64,000 nt of DNA. Origin: Chiloscyllium plagiosum. Taxonomy: Eukaryota. The stretch is taken from the NCBI RefSeq assembly GCF_004010195.1, contig NC_057718.1:60320137-60384136 (forward strand), in the 5' to 3' direction. The position numbers were made by a program, and so were the translations under genes. Under the pieces are notes generated by a model. The model made no database searches. It was given only the letters and a program-made list of their open reading frames with translations, and was not told where the DNA came from. Positions 13,706-26,499 of this stretch are shown piece by piece. How positions within the stretch are numbered: the stretch's first letter is position 1; every line of letters begins with the position of its first letter.

Positions 13706-14760
13706 TTTATTGACATGGAAGACACGAAGCAGAGAATTGGAATAAATGGGTCCTTTTCAGAGTGGCGAGCAGTAATAAGTGGGGTACCACAGGGTTCAGT
13801 GCCGGACTCCAGCTGTTCACAATATATATTAATGATTTGGATGAAGGAATTGAATGCAATATTTCCAAATTTGCAGATGACACTGGCTGGCAGTGTGTGC
13901 TGTGAGTAGAATGCAAAGATGCTGCAGGGTGACTTAGACAGGCTGGCTGAGTATGTAAATACCTGGCAAATGCATGATCATGTGGATAAATGTGAGGTTA
14001 TCTACTTTGGTTGCAAAAACAAGAAAGCAGATTATTATGTGAATGGTGGCAGATTAGAAAAAGGTGAAGTGCAATGCGACTTGGATGTCATGATGGAACA
14101 GTCACTGAAGGTTGGCATACAGGTGCAGCAGGCAGTGAGGAAAGCTAATGGTATGCTGATCTTCATAGCGAGAGGATTTGAGTATAGGCATAGGAATACA
14201 GGGCCTTGGTGAAGCCACACCTTGAATATTGTGTGCAATTTTGGTCTCCTAGTCTGAGGAAGGACATCCTTGCTGTTGAGGGAATCCAGTGAAGATTCAC
14301 CAGACTGATTTCTGGGAATGCTGGACTGACATTTGGAGAAAGACTGAATTGACTGGGCTTGGAATTTAGAAGAATGTGGGGTGATCTCCTAGGAACAGAC
14401 AAAATCATGATGGGACTGGACAGGCTAGATGCGGGAAGAATGTTCCCAATTTTGGCAAAGTCAAGAACTAGGCATCACAGTTGAAGCATAAGAAGTAAGC
14501 CATTCAAAACTGAGATGAGGAAGAATTTCTTCACACACACAGTTGTGAACCTCTGGAATTCTCTCCCACAGGAAGGCCAGTTCATTAGGCATATACAAAA
14601 GGGAGCTGGACTTGGCCTTTGCGGCTAAAGGGATTAAGGGATATGAAGAGAAACCGGAAACGGGATACTGAAATGGCATGATTAACCATGATCATATTGA
14701 ATGGTGCTGCTGCTTGAAGGGCTGAATGGCCCAGTCCTGCACCTATTTTCTATGTTTCTA
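13706..14760 (+). mobile_element. 5'-truncated CR1 LINE
   Basis: SGVPQGSV, KFADDT, VDKCEVIYFG, VQQAVRKANGML; tail TTCTATGTTTCTA. Confidence 0.92.
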
Positions 14761-15094
14761 ACCGTTGATTGTCTTACTGGTTAAAATTCTCTGCCTTGAG
14801 TATAGTTAATGACTCAACTTCAACATCGCTTTGCAGCAAAGAGTTCCAGTTTCACCACTCTCTGAGGGAAAAAAAACTCCCTAGCTCTGTCTTAAAAGAT
14901 AGAGTCCTTATCTTCTGATTAAGCCCTAAGGTCCCAAATTCTCCCAAAAGGGGAACAACCATCTGCATCTACCCGGTCAAGCCTCTGAGAATCTTATGTT
15001 TTAATAAGGTCTCCTCTCATTCGTCGGAACTCCAAAATACATAGGCCCAACTGCCTCCACTTCTCCTCACAAGACAGCCCTTCCAAACCTGGTA

Positions 15095-15238
15095 CAGAGG
15101 AATCTCGATTATCTGAACAAGATCACAGGTCCCGATGCTTGGTTAAACTGTGTTTTCTGGCATTCGATTATCCAAACATTCAATTATCCGTACAAATTTC
15201 TCCCCACCCGTGTCGTTCGGATAATCGAAGATCCTCTG
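15095..15238. mobile_element. pogo/Tigger-like MITE (Tc1/mariner superfamily)
   Basis: Terminal inverted repeats CAGAGGAATCTCGATTATCTGAAC / GTTCGGATAATCGAAGATCCTCTG; TA on the left, CA on the right; internal repeats of (G/A)ATTATCC. Confidence 0.85.
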
Positions 15239-16217
15239 CAACAGCCGAGTGACCCTTCTCTGGATTGCCTCCACTGCCAATTTTTCCTTCCTTAGATAAG
15301 GAGGCTCTAAAACTGTTCAAAGTATTCTAGCTGTGGTATAATTAGCGCCTTGTTTTAGCAAAATTTCTCTGTCTTTTATACTCCATTCACATCAATATAA
15401 AGACCATCATTCTATTTGCACTCCCTATCAGCACACTCTATCACCTGCTAAGCACGGATGCTGGCTTTTTATGATTCATGCACAAGGGCCATCAAATCCC
15501 TCTGCGCTGCAGCTTTCTGCAATGTCGTCTTATTTAAATAATGTTTATCTCTTTCATTATTCTTGCTAAGGTGCAACACCTCACATTTTTCCACATTATA
15601 TTCCTTCTTCAAAGTTTGTGCCTGTTCACTTAGCATGTTTATACCCTTTGTAAACTCCTCATGTCATCCTCACTACTTGCTTCTGACCTACTTTCATGTC
15701 GATTACAAACTTGGCAATAGTGCATTCACTTCTGCCATCCAAGTCATTCGTTAATGGATATTGTAAAGAATTATAGTATCGACACTCTATGTCACAATGG
15801 CACTCCACTGTTTACCTCTTGTCATCTTGGAAATACCTGTTATTCCAGCTCTCTGTCTTCTATTAGTTGGTCAATCCATTATGCATGCAAATATACTGCC
15901 TCCAACACCATGAGCTCCTATCTTATTAAGTTGCCTTATGTGCAGTACTTTATAAAATGCCTTTTGAATAAAACAAATGTATTGCATATACCTGAACACA
16001 TCTATCTACAATGCTTGCTACCTCCTCAAAAAACTGCAATAAATTTGTCAAACATAATGCCAATCATGCTCTTGAAGTGTTTGGTTGTGAAGACTGAAGC
16101 AAAGTATTTATTTAACTCCACTGACACTTTCATTACTTTTACTCCAGCCATTTTTTTTTTCAGAGGCCTAAGTTCACATTGGTCTCTCTACTTCAGCTGT
16201 TAAATCATTGTTTTGAG

Positions 16218-16685
16218 TAAATGATTTGGATGTGACATAGGAGGTATAGTTCGTAAGTTGGCAGATGACACCAAAATTGGAGGTGTACTGGACAGCGAAG
16301 AGGATTACTTTAGAGTACAATGGGATCTTGTTCAAATGGGCCAATGGGCTGAAGAGCCGCAGGTGGGGCTTAATTTAGATAAATGCAAGGTGCTGCATTT
16401 TGGGAAAGCAAATTTTAGCAGGATTTATACGCTTAATGGTAAGGTCCTAGGGAGTGTTGCTGAACAGAGAGATCTTGGAGTGTAGGTTCATAGTTCCTTG
16501 AAAGTAGAGTTGCAGGGAGATAGGATAGTGAAGGAGGCGTTTGGTATGCTTTCCTTTCTTGTTCAGAATATTGAGTATTGGAGTTGAGAGATAATGTTGC
16601 AGCTGTACAGGACATTGGTCAGGCCACTTTTGGGATACTGCATGCAATTCTGGTCTCCTTCCTGTCGGAAGGATGTTGTGAAACT
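16218..16685 (+). mobile_element. CR1/HER1-type LINE fragment
   Basis: ADDTKIGG, LDKCKVLHFGK, LYRTLVRPLLGYCMQFWSP; truncated where the Penelope begins. Confidence 0.92.
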
Positions 16686-17660
16686 CTCCCCACCGCTCTC
16701 CCAAAGCCCCGTACCTCCCTCTGCAACCGGAAAAGATGCAAAACCTACTGGTACACCACTCCCCCTCCCCCCCCACCCCTCCCCCACCCATCTCCATCCA
16801 GGGCCCGAAACAGTCCTTCCAGGTGAGACAGAGGTTCACCTGCCTCGCTTCCAATCCAGTTTACTGCATCAGGTGCTCCCGAAATGGTCTTCTCTACATA
16901 GGGGAGACCAGACATAAACTTAGGGAACGGTTCGCTGAGAATCTCAGCCAGGCCCGCATGGGCCAATTAGATCTGCTACTCAGTGCACATTTTAATTCCC
17001 TTCTCAACATGACCAACCTTGGTGTCCTCCTTTGCCACAACAAACCAAACCACAAATTGGAGGAACAACACTTCATCTTCCGCCTGGGCAGCCTACAGCC
17101 CAGAGGACTCAACATTGAGCTCTTGAATTTCGAATAACTTCCCTTCCCATCCGCCAACTCCCTTCCCAGCCCTTCCCCCTCCCTTCCAACTAGATTAATT
17201 CCTCCCATTGACCAACCAGGTCGTCCCCTCTGCCTGTCCTCACCTATCTCCATTTCAACATACTGCCCCCCCCACCCACTTTATCTGCAGCTCTCCTTAC
17301 ACCCACGCCCCCATCCTGAAGAAGGTTTACACCCAAAACGTTGACTTCTCCACCTCCTCATGCTGCCTGACTTGCTGTGTTCTTCCAGCGTCCTGCCTGT
17401 CTATTTCGGCTTCCAACATCTGCAGTTTTTTTTTGGTCTCTAACCAATCGGATTCTTTCCTCCCATTGACCAACCAGGTCATACCCTCTACCTGTCTTCA
17501 CCTATCCCCATTTCACCACCCTGACCCTGCCACCCCCTTTATCTGCTGGTCCCTTTACACTCACTCCCAGTCCTGAAGAAGGGTTACATCCAAAACGTTG
17601 ACTTCTCCACCTCCTCATGCTGCCTGGCTTGATGTGATTTTCCAGTCTCCTGCCTGTCTA
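16686..17660 (+). mobile_element. Penelope-like element 3' end: GIY-YIG endonuclease plus tandem pLTRs
   Basis: VYCIRCSRNGLLYIGET..RERFAE..KLEEQHFIFRLGSLQPRGLNIE; ~258-bp direct repeat (17199 vs 17457). Confidence 0.92.
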
Positions 17661-17859
17661 GCTTTAAACCTGCAGGCTGCTTGTCAATGAAAGAGGATGA
17701 CTCCTTTTTTTGCTTCCTTTGAGCTCCACACCCTAGATTTTATTTCTCCATGTCCACCCTCTCACATTGCTCTGTCCAACACACACTCAATCCTCAAAGT
17801 GATTAATGAAACATTGCTTGAACATGTAAGGCCAGATAAGTCAGCTAAATGGAGGTGTG

Positions 17860-18460
17860 CTGACCCCTAACAGTTATACTGCTGTGTGAGAGTCCATGTC
17901 AGGATAAGATCCAGACTGCAGCTGCCTGGAAAAGATAGCCTTCACTGCAGACGAGATGTGGACATCCATTGACAGTGGTGGTCAAGGTGACTGTCACCGG
18001 AGGACCACTTTGTCAATTCTCTGACTCTTCTTGAAGTTGTGCTCTCTTCTCCTGCAAAGAGGGCAAACAAAGAGCTCAAAGCATGAGAAATGGATTGTGA
18101 ACAGAAGATGAAAGACTGAATTTGTAGAGGCTGACTGTGAGACTGGGAGCAATCGGGTAAGGGTGAGTATGAGTGTTGGCTGCTTGGAAGAACATGTGAG
18201 CTAGCTGGAAAGAGAGGAATAAATGCACCTGTGAGATGTGCTGGTTTATGAAGTGCTGTGCAGGGAAATTCTGAGTAGGTCAGAGAGTGAGATTTGATGC
18301 CTGGAAATGGAATGCTTTTCCATCCTCCTAGGATCATTGAACTTGTCATGCACTGAATCTAGGTTTGAGGAACCACCATCCTGCTGCTCAAAATCACTCA
18401 GCAAATTCCATCCCTATCTATTTTGCTGCAGAGGCGAGTCTCTGCCTCCCAGTTGTGTAA
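17860..18460. mobile_element. Internally deleted PIF/Harbinger transposon (transposase +, Myb/SANT -)
   Basis: + strand 17945-17998 LQTRCGHPLTVVVKVTVT (HARBI1-like); - strand SSRMVVPQT*IQC..KFND (exon 1, ~18315-18450) and ttgcag|EKRAQ.. (exon 2 from 18051). Confidence 0.6.
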
Positions 18461-21400
18461 ATTTACACAGCACTTCAGTCCCATCAGGGCCTCAAAAACA
18501 GAGTTATATGAGAATGCAATCTTCACACATCTCACTTCCCATTCTTTTGTTTGATATAGCTCATGAAGTATACATAGAATTCCTCCGATTATAATCCTTC
18601 CATTGACAGAGTGTGGTTTGTACACATCAACACCCACTGTTTGGTTGAAACATTCAGCCAGAAGCTGAACTCTAATGATGTGTCTGAATTAAAGAGCCAC
18701 AGTGAAGTATGCTGACACAATGACTGGACCCCTGACCTGCTAAAGGCCTCCAGATGCGTTTGGATCTGTTTCGCTGAAATCCTACCCATTGCTATCAATA
18801 AATTGGGTCACCAAACTGTGACTCAGCAAAGCTATCTGATTTGTATCACTTCTGCCAGTCTCTGAACACAATGAGACAACTGATTCATCTTCTGTCTAAA
18901 AGGATAATTAGTTCAATGTAAGAGGAGAAGTGAAACTTTCCTGTAATGTCATCTCTAAGTACATTGGGTTCAAACAACGTTGAAAGCTGAAAAAAGAAAA
19001 TCATAATGACAGTAACAACTCGGTCAGTTACAACTTAATTGTCATTACATTCTGTTCCTAACTTAACTATTCACTGCGGCTCAGTTAAGCAGAAAGCAAT
19101 ATCTCAACATGTACAGTGCAGCCTACTGCAGACTTGTCATTGTCCCCTACCTCTTAGGCTGCCTTTGAGTACATAACTAACAGCAATGTCAAGCCTTCGT
19201 GCTTTAATAAGCTAAACCAGCTGAAGCCTCACACTGATTGTTTCCTCCTTATAGAGAACGCTTCACTGATCAGTAAATTTACCTTAGACACCATGGATAC
19301 TAAAATTAGATTATTTGCCTTTAGCTTATAGCACTTATGCTATGAAGAACTCTTGCCTCTTAATGTTGTTTAATGGATTATAATTGAAAAGTAGAGCTTG
19401 TTTTACAGAACTGGAAGTATATTTTCTTGAATTGGACTGGTCTAGTATCTACTTTAACCCCAGGAAGTAGGGGGAAGTTTAAAGAGAGTTGTAAAAATCA
19501 GTATCAAATGGGTTTCCTACTTATGTTTACAGTGAAGGTAATGACCCGAAAAATCCTTGCTGTATTCAGCATTTCTAGAGCCTGAAACATGGCCATCTCT
19601 GTATCCAGACATTCAAAATAATGGCCAAAGCTATTTTCAACCAAAACCAAAGTGGCTGACTTACCAGTCACCCTGTTAGCATTCCCAGAATCAGCCTCCC
19701 CATACATCTCTTTCATACTTAATTAAAAGAAAACTAGTGCTTTTGGAAGCTGAACATCAGTTACAGTCATACCAATGTTAACTCAGGAGCAACTTTAGAA
19801 GGCACACGTCTCCAGGGTTAGCTGAGCATGATAGAAGAGATAGGGGTTTTGACACTGTCATACACAGCTTAACGATGCTGGGCAACAGTTTCCATATTTT
19901 TATTTTCGCTTTTGCATTCTGTTATACCAACAACTTTGTTCTAAACCATTTAAAATGGACTTTCCTTCTGAAGTAGCTCTAGGTATTGTTATTTACCCCA
20001 TTTTTCCACTGTTGACATCTTGTGGTATTGGCCGATGTAAGACACCAATTCTTTTTTGTCTATACTGTACTGAGCACCTGTCTAATCATCAGCGGCAGAG
20101 GATAGACTATTATTACGAATAAACAGAAAAGACATGTGTCTGAGTTGACAAGATGGTTTTGTGCACGTTAGCAATAAAGTACATTATTAGTCAAGCATAG
20201 TTACGAAGGCCAAGCTAAAACAGAAATTGCTGAAGAAACTCAGCTGGTCTGGCAGCATCTGTAGGGTGAAATCAGAGTTAACATTTTGAGTTCAGTGACC
20301 CTTCAGCAATTTCTCCAGCAATTTTTTGTTTTTGTTTGTTTGTTTCAGATCTCCAGCATCCACATTTCTTTGTTTTATATTTACTAGGGATTCTGAGGAG
20401 CTGTACAGGTACATTTCTTCCCAGCTAAGGCTAGTGTTGAGATTGTGGCTTCCAACCAAAATCTGTGTGTGAAACAGCATTTGATTGAGGGGAGCTAATG
20501 AAACTTCAGCATGAACTCTTTTAGAATTATGACACTATACAATTGCTACTTTGGAAATTGACCAACTGTGAGCAGAGTATCAAGGTGACTGACATTCATC
20601 ACATATGAATGCTGCGAGGGGAGTTAGTTTTAGTAATGCTGTTTACCACTTACCTACCACATCAACAATTTTTTAACTTTTCTTGATTTTAAGTGCTTCT
20701 CTGTTAACATCCATGATCCCCAATTACAATACTCCTGCAAAACCAAGGAATGGAACAAGGACAGGCAACAGAGATGGATTTGCAAATTTCAGTAGCCTCA
20801 ATGCTCACTTACATATTGACCACTTAAGTGGCATAGAGAACCATCATAGCAGCTTCCCACACCTTGCATTCCTGGAAGGTGAGAAAACCATCAGGTAAAA
20901 AAAAATGAAGCTACATTTTTATCTCTAGGGTAATTTTCTATTCACAATAAAACGTGATTTTTATTTTAGTTTGACAAATTGTTATTAAAAATCTGAGTGG
21001 GAAGTTCTCACCAATATTTCAAAATGAATTGCTGGTGTCATGAAGATATGCTACATCAAATATTCATTTTTAATACAAAGACTGGAGACAGACATTGGAC
21101 CTTTTATTTAAAAAAAAGGGAGCTTTGCTGAAACCAAGGTTCTGATTTATGTTCAGATAGCTGAACCAAATTACAACAGTAACAATGAGTCGGAGAAGCA
21201 TGGAAATGCAGATGCCCTGTCAATTCAACCACTCTGATGCCTGCCAGGATCTTTTAAATAGAACTTCTTCCTTTTGCAAATACAGACCTTTACTTACTCT
21301 GTGATTGATCAGTGAACCCAGAAGTGTGTTGCTTTATAAATACACCATGGCCAAGCTGTGAACTAACATAACCAAACTTACTAAATGGACTCCTCAAGAG

Positions 21401-21985
21401 GTGAACTTAACAAAATGAATCCACTTGATATAAGTTTCAATTTAACATGAATCCAGAATTAACCATGAATTAATTGGTGCATGATGCTTCGAATCAAGAC
21501 GTCAATACATTTTAAATTGCTAATACAGTAACAATTATACCTTGCAAACCACAAACATTCATATAATCCGATACAGATATGTAATATTACATAGCTACAT
21601 GCCATTCCACAATATGTTGTTCTTCATTTGCTCCAGGATAGGTAGGCCGGGAATCCGATCTGATAAGTTCTTTCACCTGCAAATTTCATGGGTAAACTTT
21701 ATTATCAGCAAGGCATAATTCTATAAACACTCTCTCCAACTGGTCATAGCAATCCTAATTGTGTAGTTTTTCAGACCAACTAACTATTAACATTCCAGTT
21801 GATGATCTGGCCAACTCTGGGAATTATATCCAGCTCTTTTCTTTCTCAGAGTTACCAAAATAGTTTTTTTTTTTATTTTGATATCATAGTCAGCTTGCAT
21901 AGTGCCTCTAAAAGCACTTACGTCCATTGCAGATAAACAGAAATACTGATCTTTTCCAGAAAGTGATTTGCTTCTTTTCTTGATA

Positions 21986-22712
21986 CAGAGCAACCTCAGT
22001 TATCCGCACATCAATTATCTGAACAAGATCTCAAGGTCCTGTAAAAACATTATGTCAGAGAGGCGGTGGTTCTGTCTTTCTATCATCACACTGAGTTCAG
22101 CAGAAACTGATAAATGCTCTTAGGATTTTAAATGCCGTTTGGGCCATTGTTTAATGCTGGGATTTTCATATTGATGTGATGGTGAGGATTTAGTCCTTCT
22201 CAGTTTAACGGAACTTGTGCAACTTCCTCCTACTGGAATGTTGCCCCAGTATTATTTCCTGCGGTGGAGCACAAACAACGCCTCTGGACCCTACTTGGCT
22301 TTCTGCACACTGTCATCATCCTCTGTCAGCCTCACCCACACCCTGAACCAGATCAGAGACACTATGAGCCTGGGCATTGTGCTGCCTGCCTCCCGGAGAG
22401 CCTTCCTGCAACAAGCCCTCCTCAAAGGAGTGGAGGTGGCCTTAAGTGGCAACCTTCTGCCCTACAACCTCAGCCTAGAGATGGTCAGCAGCCAGGGCTG
22501 GCAGCCCGACCCACAGTTCCTCCTGCAATCTGTCTGCCAGTCCGTTATGGTCCAGGGAGTCACAGCTGTTCTGGTGTTCCCACAATCTGCTGACCAACTG
22601 GTCCAGATGGATTTTTTAGCATCTTTCCTGGAGATCCTTTCATCAGTACCATGAAGTGAGGAGTATCATGGCTTATCATACTCATCTCATTTGGATAATC
22701 GAGGTTGTCCTG
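21986..22712. mobile_element. Non-autonomous pogo/Tigger-like transposon carrying a captured gene fragment (Pack-TIR)
   Basis: Left TA+CAGAGCAACCTCAGTTATCC; right end reverse-complements to CAGGACAACCTCGATTATCC; left subterminal ATTATCTGAACAAGATC is shared with the MITE at 15095. Confidence 0.8.
22264..22659 (+). pseudogene. GRIN3B: Captured, decayed first coding exon fragment of NMDA receptor subunit GluN3 (GRIN3B-like)
   Basis: Signal-peptide-like EHKQRLWTLLGFLHTVIILCQPHPHP, then after a frameshift LNQIRDTMSLGIVLP..LLPYNLSLEMV..DPQFLLQSVCQSVMVQGVTAVLVFPQS..MDFLASFLEI; matches GluN3 motifs HPQPC, LLPYNLSLE and QSVC..V.VQGV.A.L.FPQS. It lacks the long GluN3A-type inserts, hence 3B-like. GTG at the start position, frameshifts at ~22343 and ~22637. 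Confidence 0.85.
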
Positions 22713-23124
22713 GATAAAAGTTTTGTAGTTATCTTTCTGTCTTTATTTCCTTTCTCTTGCTGTTTGCCTTGAATCATAGCATCTTGTCATATGACTTCGT
22801 CATTTCAACATCCTTTGTGGTGACACTGCTTCCATGTTAAGTGTCACCGAGTCACATTGACCATTTTTTTTACAATCTAAATCTCAATTAAACTCTTTAC
22901 AATTGATGCAAATTCTAGAAGTCATGATCTTTAATATTCTTAAAAACATTACACGTTCCACAGCCTTTTAAAGCAGTTACAGATTTTCCTTTAGTGTACT
23001 ACTTGTGGATCGTGGTTTGTCACATCTGATGCAGTGGAAGAGCCACAGGAACGCAAACTTCTCTGACAAATAGAATTGTGACCTATTACAAGCTTCCCTG
23101 TTCTGGTGAGACCTGACCAGAATA

Positions 23125-25012
23125 TAGATCTTCAGACAGGACGGGGAGGGAAGCAAAAGGAGGGGGGGCCGCAGTTGGTTAGGGAGGATATCACGGCTGT
23201 GCTAAAGGAGGACACTATGGAGGGCATGGGTAGTGAGGCATTATGGATGAAGCTGAGAAATAAGAAGGGTTCAGTTACATTGCTGGGATTGTATTACGGG
23301 CTTCCCAACAGTGAGCTTGAGGTAGAACAACAAATAGGTAAACAGATTATGGAAAGATGTAGAGGCAATAGGGTAGTGGTGTTGGGAGATTTTAATTTTC
23401 CCAACATTGACTGGGATACACTTAGCGTTAGAGGTCTGGATGGGGTAGAATTTATAAGAATCATCCAGGAGAGTTTTCTAGAGCAGTATCTCAATAGTCT
23501 GATGAGGGAAGGGGCCATATTGGACCTGATATTGGGGAATGAGCCAGACCAGGTGGTAGAAGTTGCGGTGAGGGATTTCTTTGGGAACAGTGATCACAAT
23601 TCTGTAAGTTTTAGAATACTCCTAGACAAAGATGAGAGTGGTCTGAAGGGACGAGTACTAAACTGGGCCAAGGCCAATTATATCAAAATTAGGCAGGAGC
23701 TGGGAAATGTGGATTGGACATAGCTATTTGACGGGAAGTCCACATTTGATATGTGGGAGGCTTTCAAAGATAGTGCAGGATAGGCATGTCCCATTGAAGG
23801 CAAAGGATAGGAAAGGCAAGGTTCGTGAACTGTGGATGACAGGAGAAATCGTACAACTAGCCAAGAGGAAAAGGGAAGTGTACATAAGGACTAGGCAGCT
23901 AAGAACAGAATGGGCCCTGGAGGAATATCGGAAGAGTAGGATCAGTGTTAAACGAGGAATCAAGCCGGCTAAAAGGGGTCATGAAATAGCTTTAGCGAGC
24001 AGAAGTAAGGAGAATCCCAAAGCATTTTATTCTTACATAAGAAGCAAGTGGGTAACTACAGAACGGATTGGTCCACTAAAGGATAATGAAGGAAGGCTGT
24101 GTGTCAGATCTGAGAGAATGGGTGAGATTCTGAATGATTATTTTGCATCAGTGTTCACTGAGGAGAGGAACATAATGAATGTTGAAAGTAGAGATAAAAG
24201 TTTGATTAGTCTGGATCACGTTGACATAAGTAGAGAAGATGTGTTGGGTAGGCTCGAGGTTATTAAGGTGGACAAATCCCCAGGGCTGGAAGGGATCTGT
24301 CCCAGGTTGCTGAGGGAGGAGAGAGAGGAAATAGCTGGGGCCCTGACAAATATATTTGTGGCATCCTTAAATACAGGTGAGGTGTCGGAGGACTGGAACG
24401 TTGCTCATGCTGTCCCCCTGGACAAGAAGAGTAGTAGGGACATTCCGGGTAACTACAGACCAATGAGACTGACATCAGTGGTGGGAAAGTTTCTGGAGAA
24501 GGTACTGAGGGATCGGATCTATTTATATTTAGAAAAGAATGGGCTTATCAGTGATAGGCAACATGGTCTTGTGCGGGGGAGATCATGCCTTACCAACTTA
24601 ATAGAGTTCTTTTGAGGAAGTGACCAAGTTGATAGATGAAGGAGGGACTGTTGATGTCATATACATGGACTTTAGTAAGGTGTTTAATAAGCTTCCCCAA
24701 GGTAAACTAATAGAGAAAGTGGAATCACATGGTCTGCAGGGTGTTCTAGCTAAGTGGATAAAGAACTGGTTGAGCAACAGTAGACAGAGTAGTTGTTGAA
24801 GGGAGTTTCTCGAAATGGAGAAAGGTGACCAGTGGTGTTCCACAGGGATCGGTGCCGGGGCTAACGTTGTTTGTGAAACACATAAATAATCTGGAAGAGA
24901 GCACTGTTGGTATGATCAGCAAGTTTGCAGATGACACAAAGATTGGTGGAGTAGCAGAAAGCATAAGGGACTGTCAAAGAATACAGGAGAATGCAGTTGG
25001 ACTGGAGAGTTC
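23125..25012 (+). mobile_element. CR1 LINE ORF2 (APE endonuclease + RT), disrupted
   Basis: VVVLGDFNFPNIDW, ILDLIL, GNSDHNSV, PGNYRP, QHGLVRGRSCLTNLIEFF, SGVPQGSV, KFADDTKIGG. Confidence 0.95.
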
Positions 25013-25829
25013 TTTATATTTTTGTTGGGCAAACCGACCTGAGGCAGCATCACCTGCTGTTGGCTGTCATACCAATGTGCAAAATCTGACACAAGAAAAG
25101 ACTTACTACTCCATGCAATCTGACTCATACAGTTATGATTTTGTTTGTGTTTTATCAAATATAATCATTTCATTGGCCTTCTCCATCCACCACTTTTTCT
25201 TGTTGACACATACTCTTTGATCTTTGGATTTGAGTAGTGAGTATGCTCACAACAGATATATTTTGACAATAGTTTGCAACTTGCACTCATTGAGTCAATT
25301 TTCAGGTATACCAAATCAAAGGGAAGCCCAACACTGATACTGCATTACAGAAGAGTGCTGTTTGAATGACAATTGGACTTTAATTTGTCGAGACTTTACC
25401 ATGGAAAATGCATTTGTTGACAGTTAACTGCCAGGCTTTGTTAACATTTTAAACAAGTCAAATTGGCTCAAATTGATCAGGGTATTGCACAGAGAAACAT
25501 ACTTGTGAATGGCTGATGCCTATTTTGTTGACTTGAAACAGGGACTGTGCATGTACCATGCTTTCTCTGCTTGAGCATCAGAGCTCTGTGAGTTATTATA
25601 TGTAACTTCCAATAAAAATGTGCACCACACTGCAAGCAAAACTTGATAATCCTAAACTGGATGGATTGTCAGTTGGAATCATCATGTGGTGCATTTGCAT
25701 GGAATGGAAACTATGTATATTAATATTCAAAGGCCCGTTCTTTGCAGATAGAGCACGCACATCCACTGTTCCCAATTTAACTGAACAAAATAGGCTTATG
25801 GAAAATACTGGAGATTAGCAGGACCTTAT

Positions 25830-26450
25830 CAATAGGTATCTATAGATTCCTGAAAGTAGCAGGTCAGGCAGATTAGATAGTTTGGAAGGCATTTGACGTA
25901 AATGCCTTTATTAGATGGGAATAAACTACAAGTGCAGGGAACTGTATAAAATGCTGGTTAAGCCACCATTGGAATACTGCATTCAGTCTGGTCTCCAAAT
26001 TATTGGAAGGATTTGTTTGGACTGGAGAGAGTGCAGAAGAAATGGGCTGGAGAATGTGAGCCATGAGGAAAGATTTAACAGCCTGGGGTTACTTTCATGG
26101 AAAAAAAATCGTTCAGAGGAGCCAAGGTGTATAAAATTAAGAGGGGGATAAATAGGAAGGCATATTATCCATTCAGAGAGGGGTCAATAATCAGGAGGCA
26201 TTGAAGGCTAGGTGTAGAGTTGTTTCACCCAGAGGGTTGTTGGAGACTAGGACTCGCTGTCTTTAGGAGTGGTTGAGCTAGGTACTTTCACAATAGTATT
26301 TCAATTCATTTTAATTGCTAGTATTTTAATTCACTTTCTTTACCATTGCCTCCAGGACTATGTGCCAAGAGCTGGAAAATAGAATTAGTGTCGGGTAGAC
26401 CTGTTTTTACTGGTGAAAACCAGATCGGCTGAATGGTCTCTTTCTGTGAT
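25830..26450 (+). mobile_element. Decayed CR1 3' fragment
   Basis: LYKMLVKPPLEYCIQ, EERFNSLGL, CR1-type 3' UTR. Confidence 0.75.
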
Positions 26451-26499
26451 GCAAGATTTGAATCCAATAATCGAGAATGTCTTCGATCATAAATTTGGT

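Larger units (their letters stand above)
13605..16200 (-). mobile_element. Old CR1 LINE, split by a + strand CR1 (13706-14760) and a MITE (15095-15238)
   Basis: CR1 3' tail at 13605-13705 continues at 14761; degenerate QKAF.KV.H RT motif near 15930-15970. Confidence 0.7.

Noticed and set aside
22217..22654. 145-aa ORF as a functional GRIN3 gene or exon
   Set aside because: The signal peptide is in a different frame, there are two frameshifts, no ATG at the homologous start, no other GRIN3 exons, and it is enclosed by TIRs.
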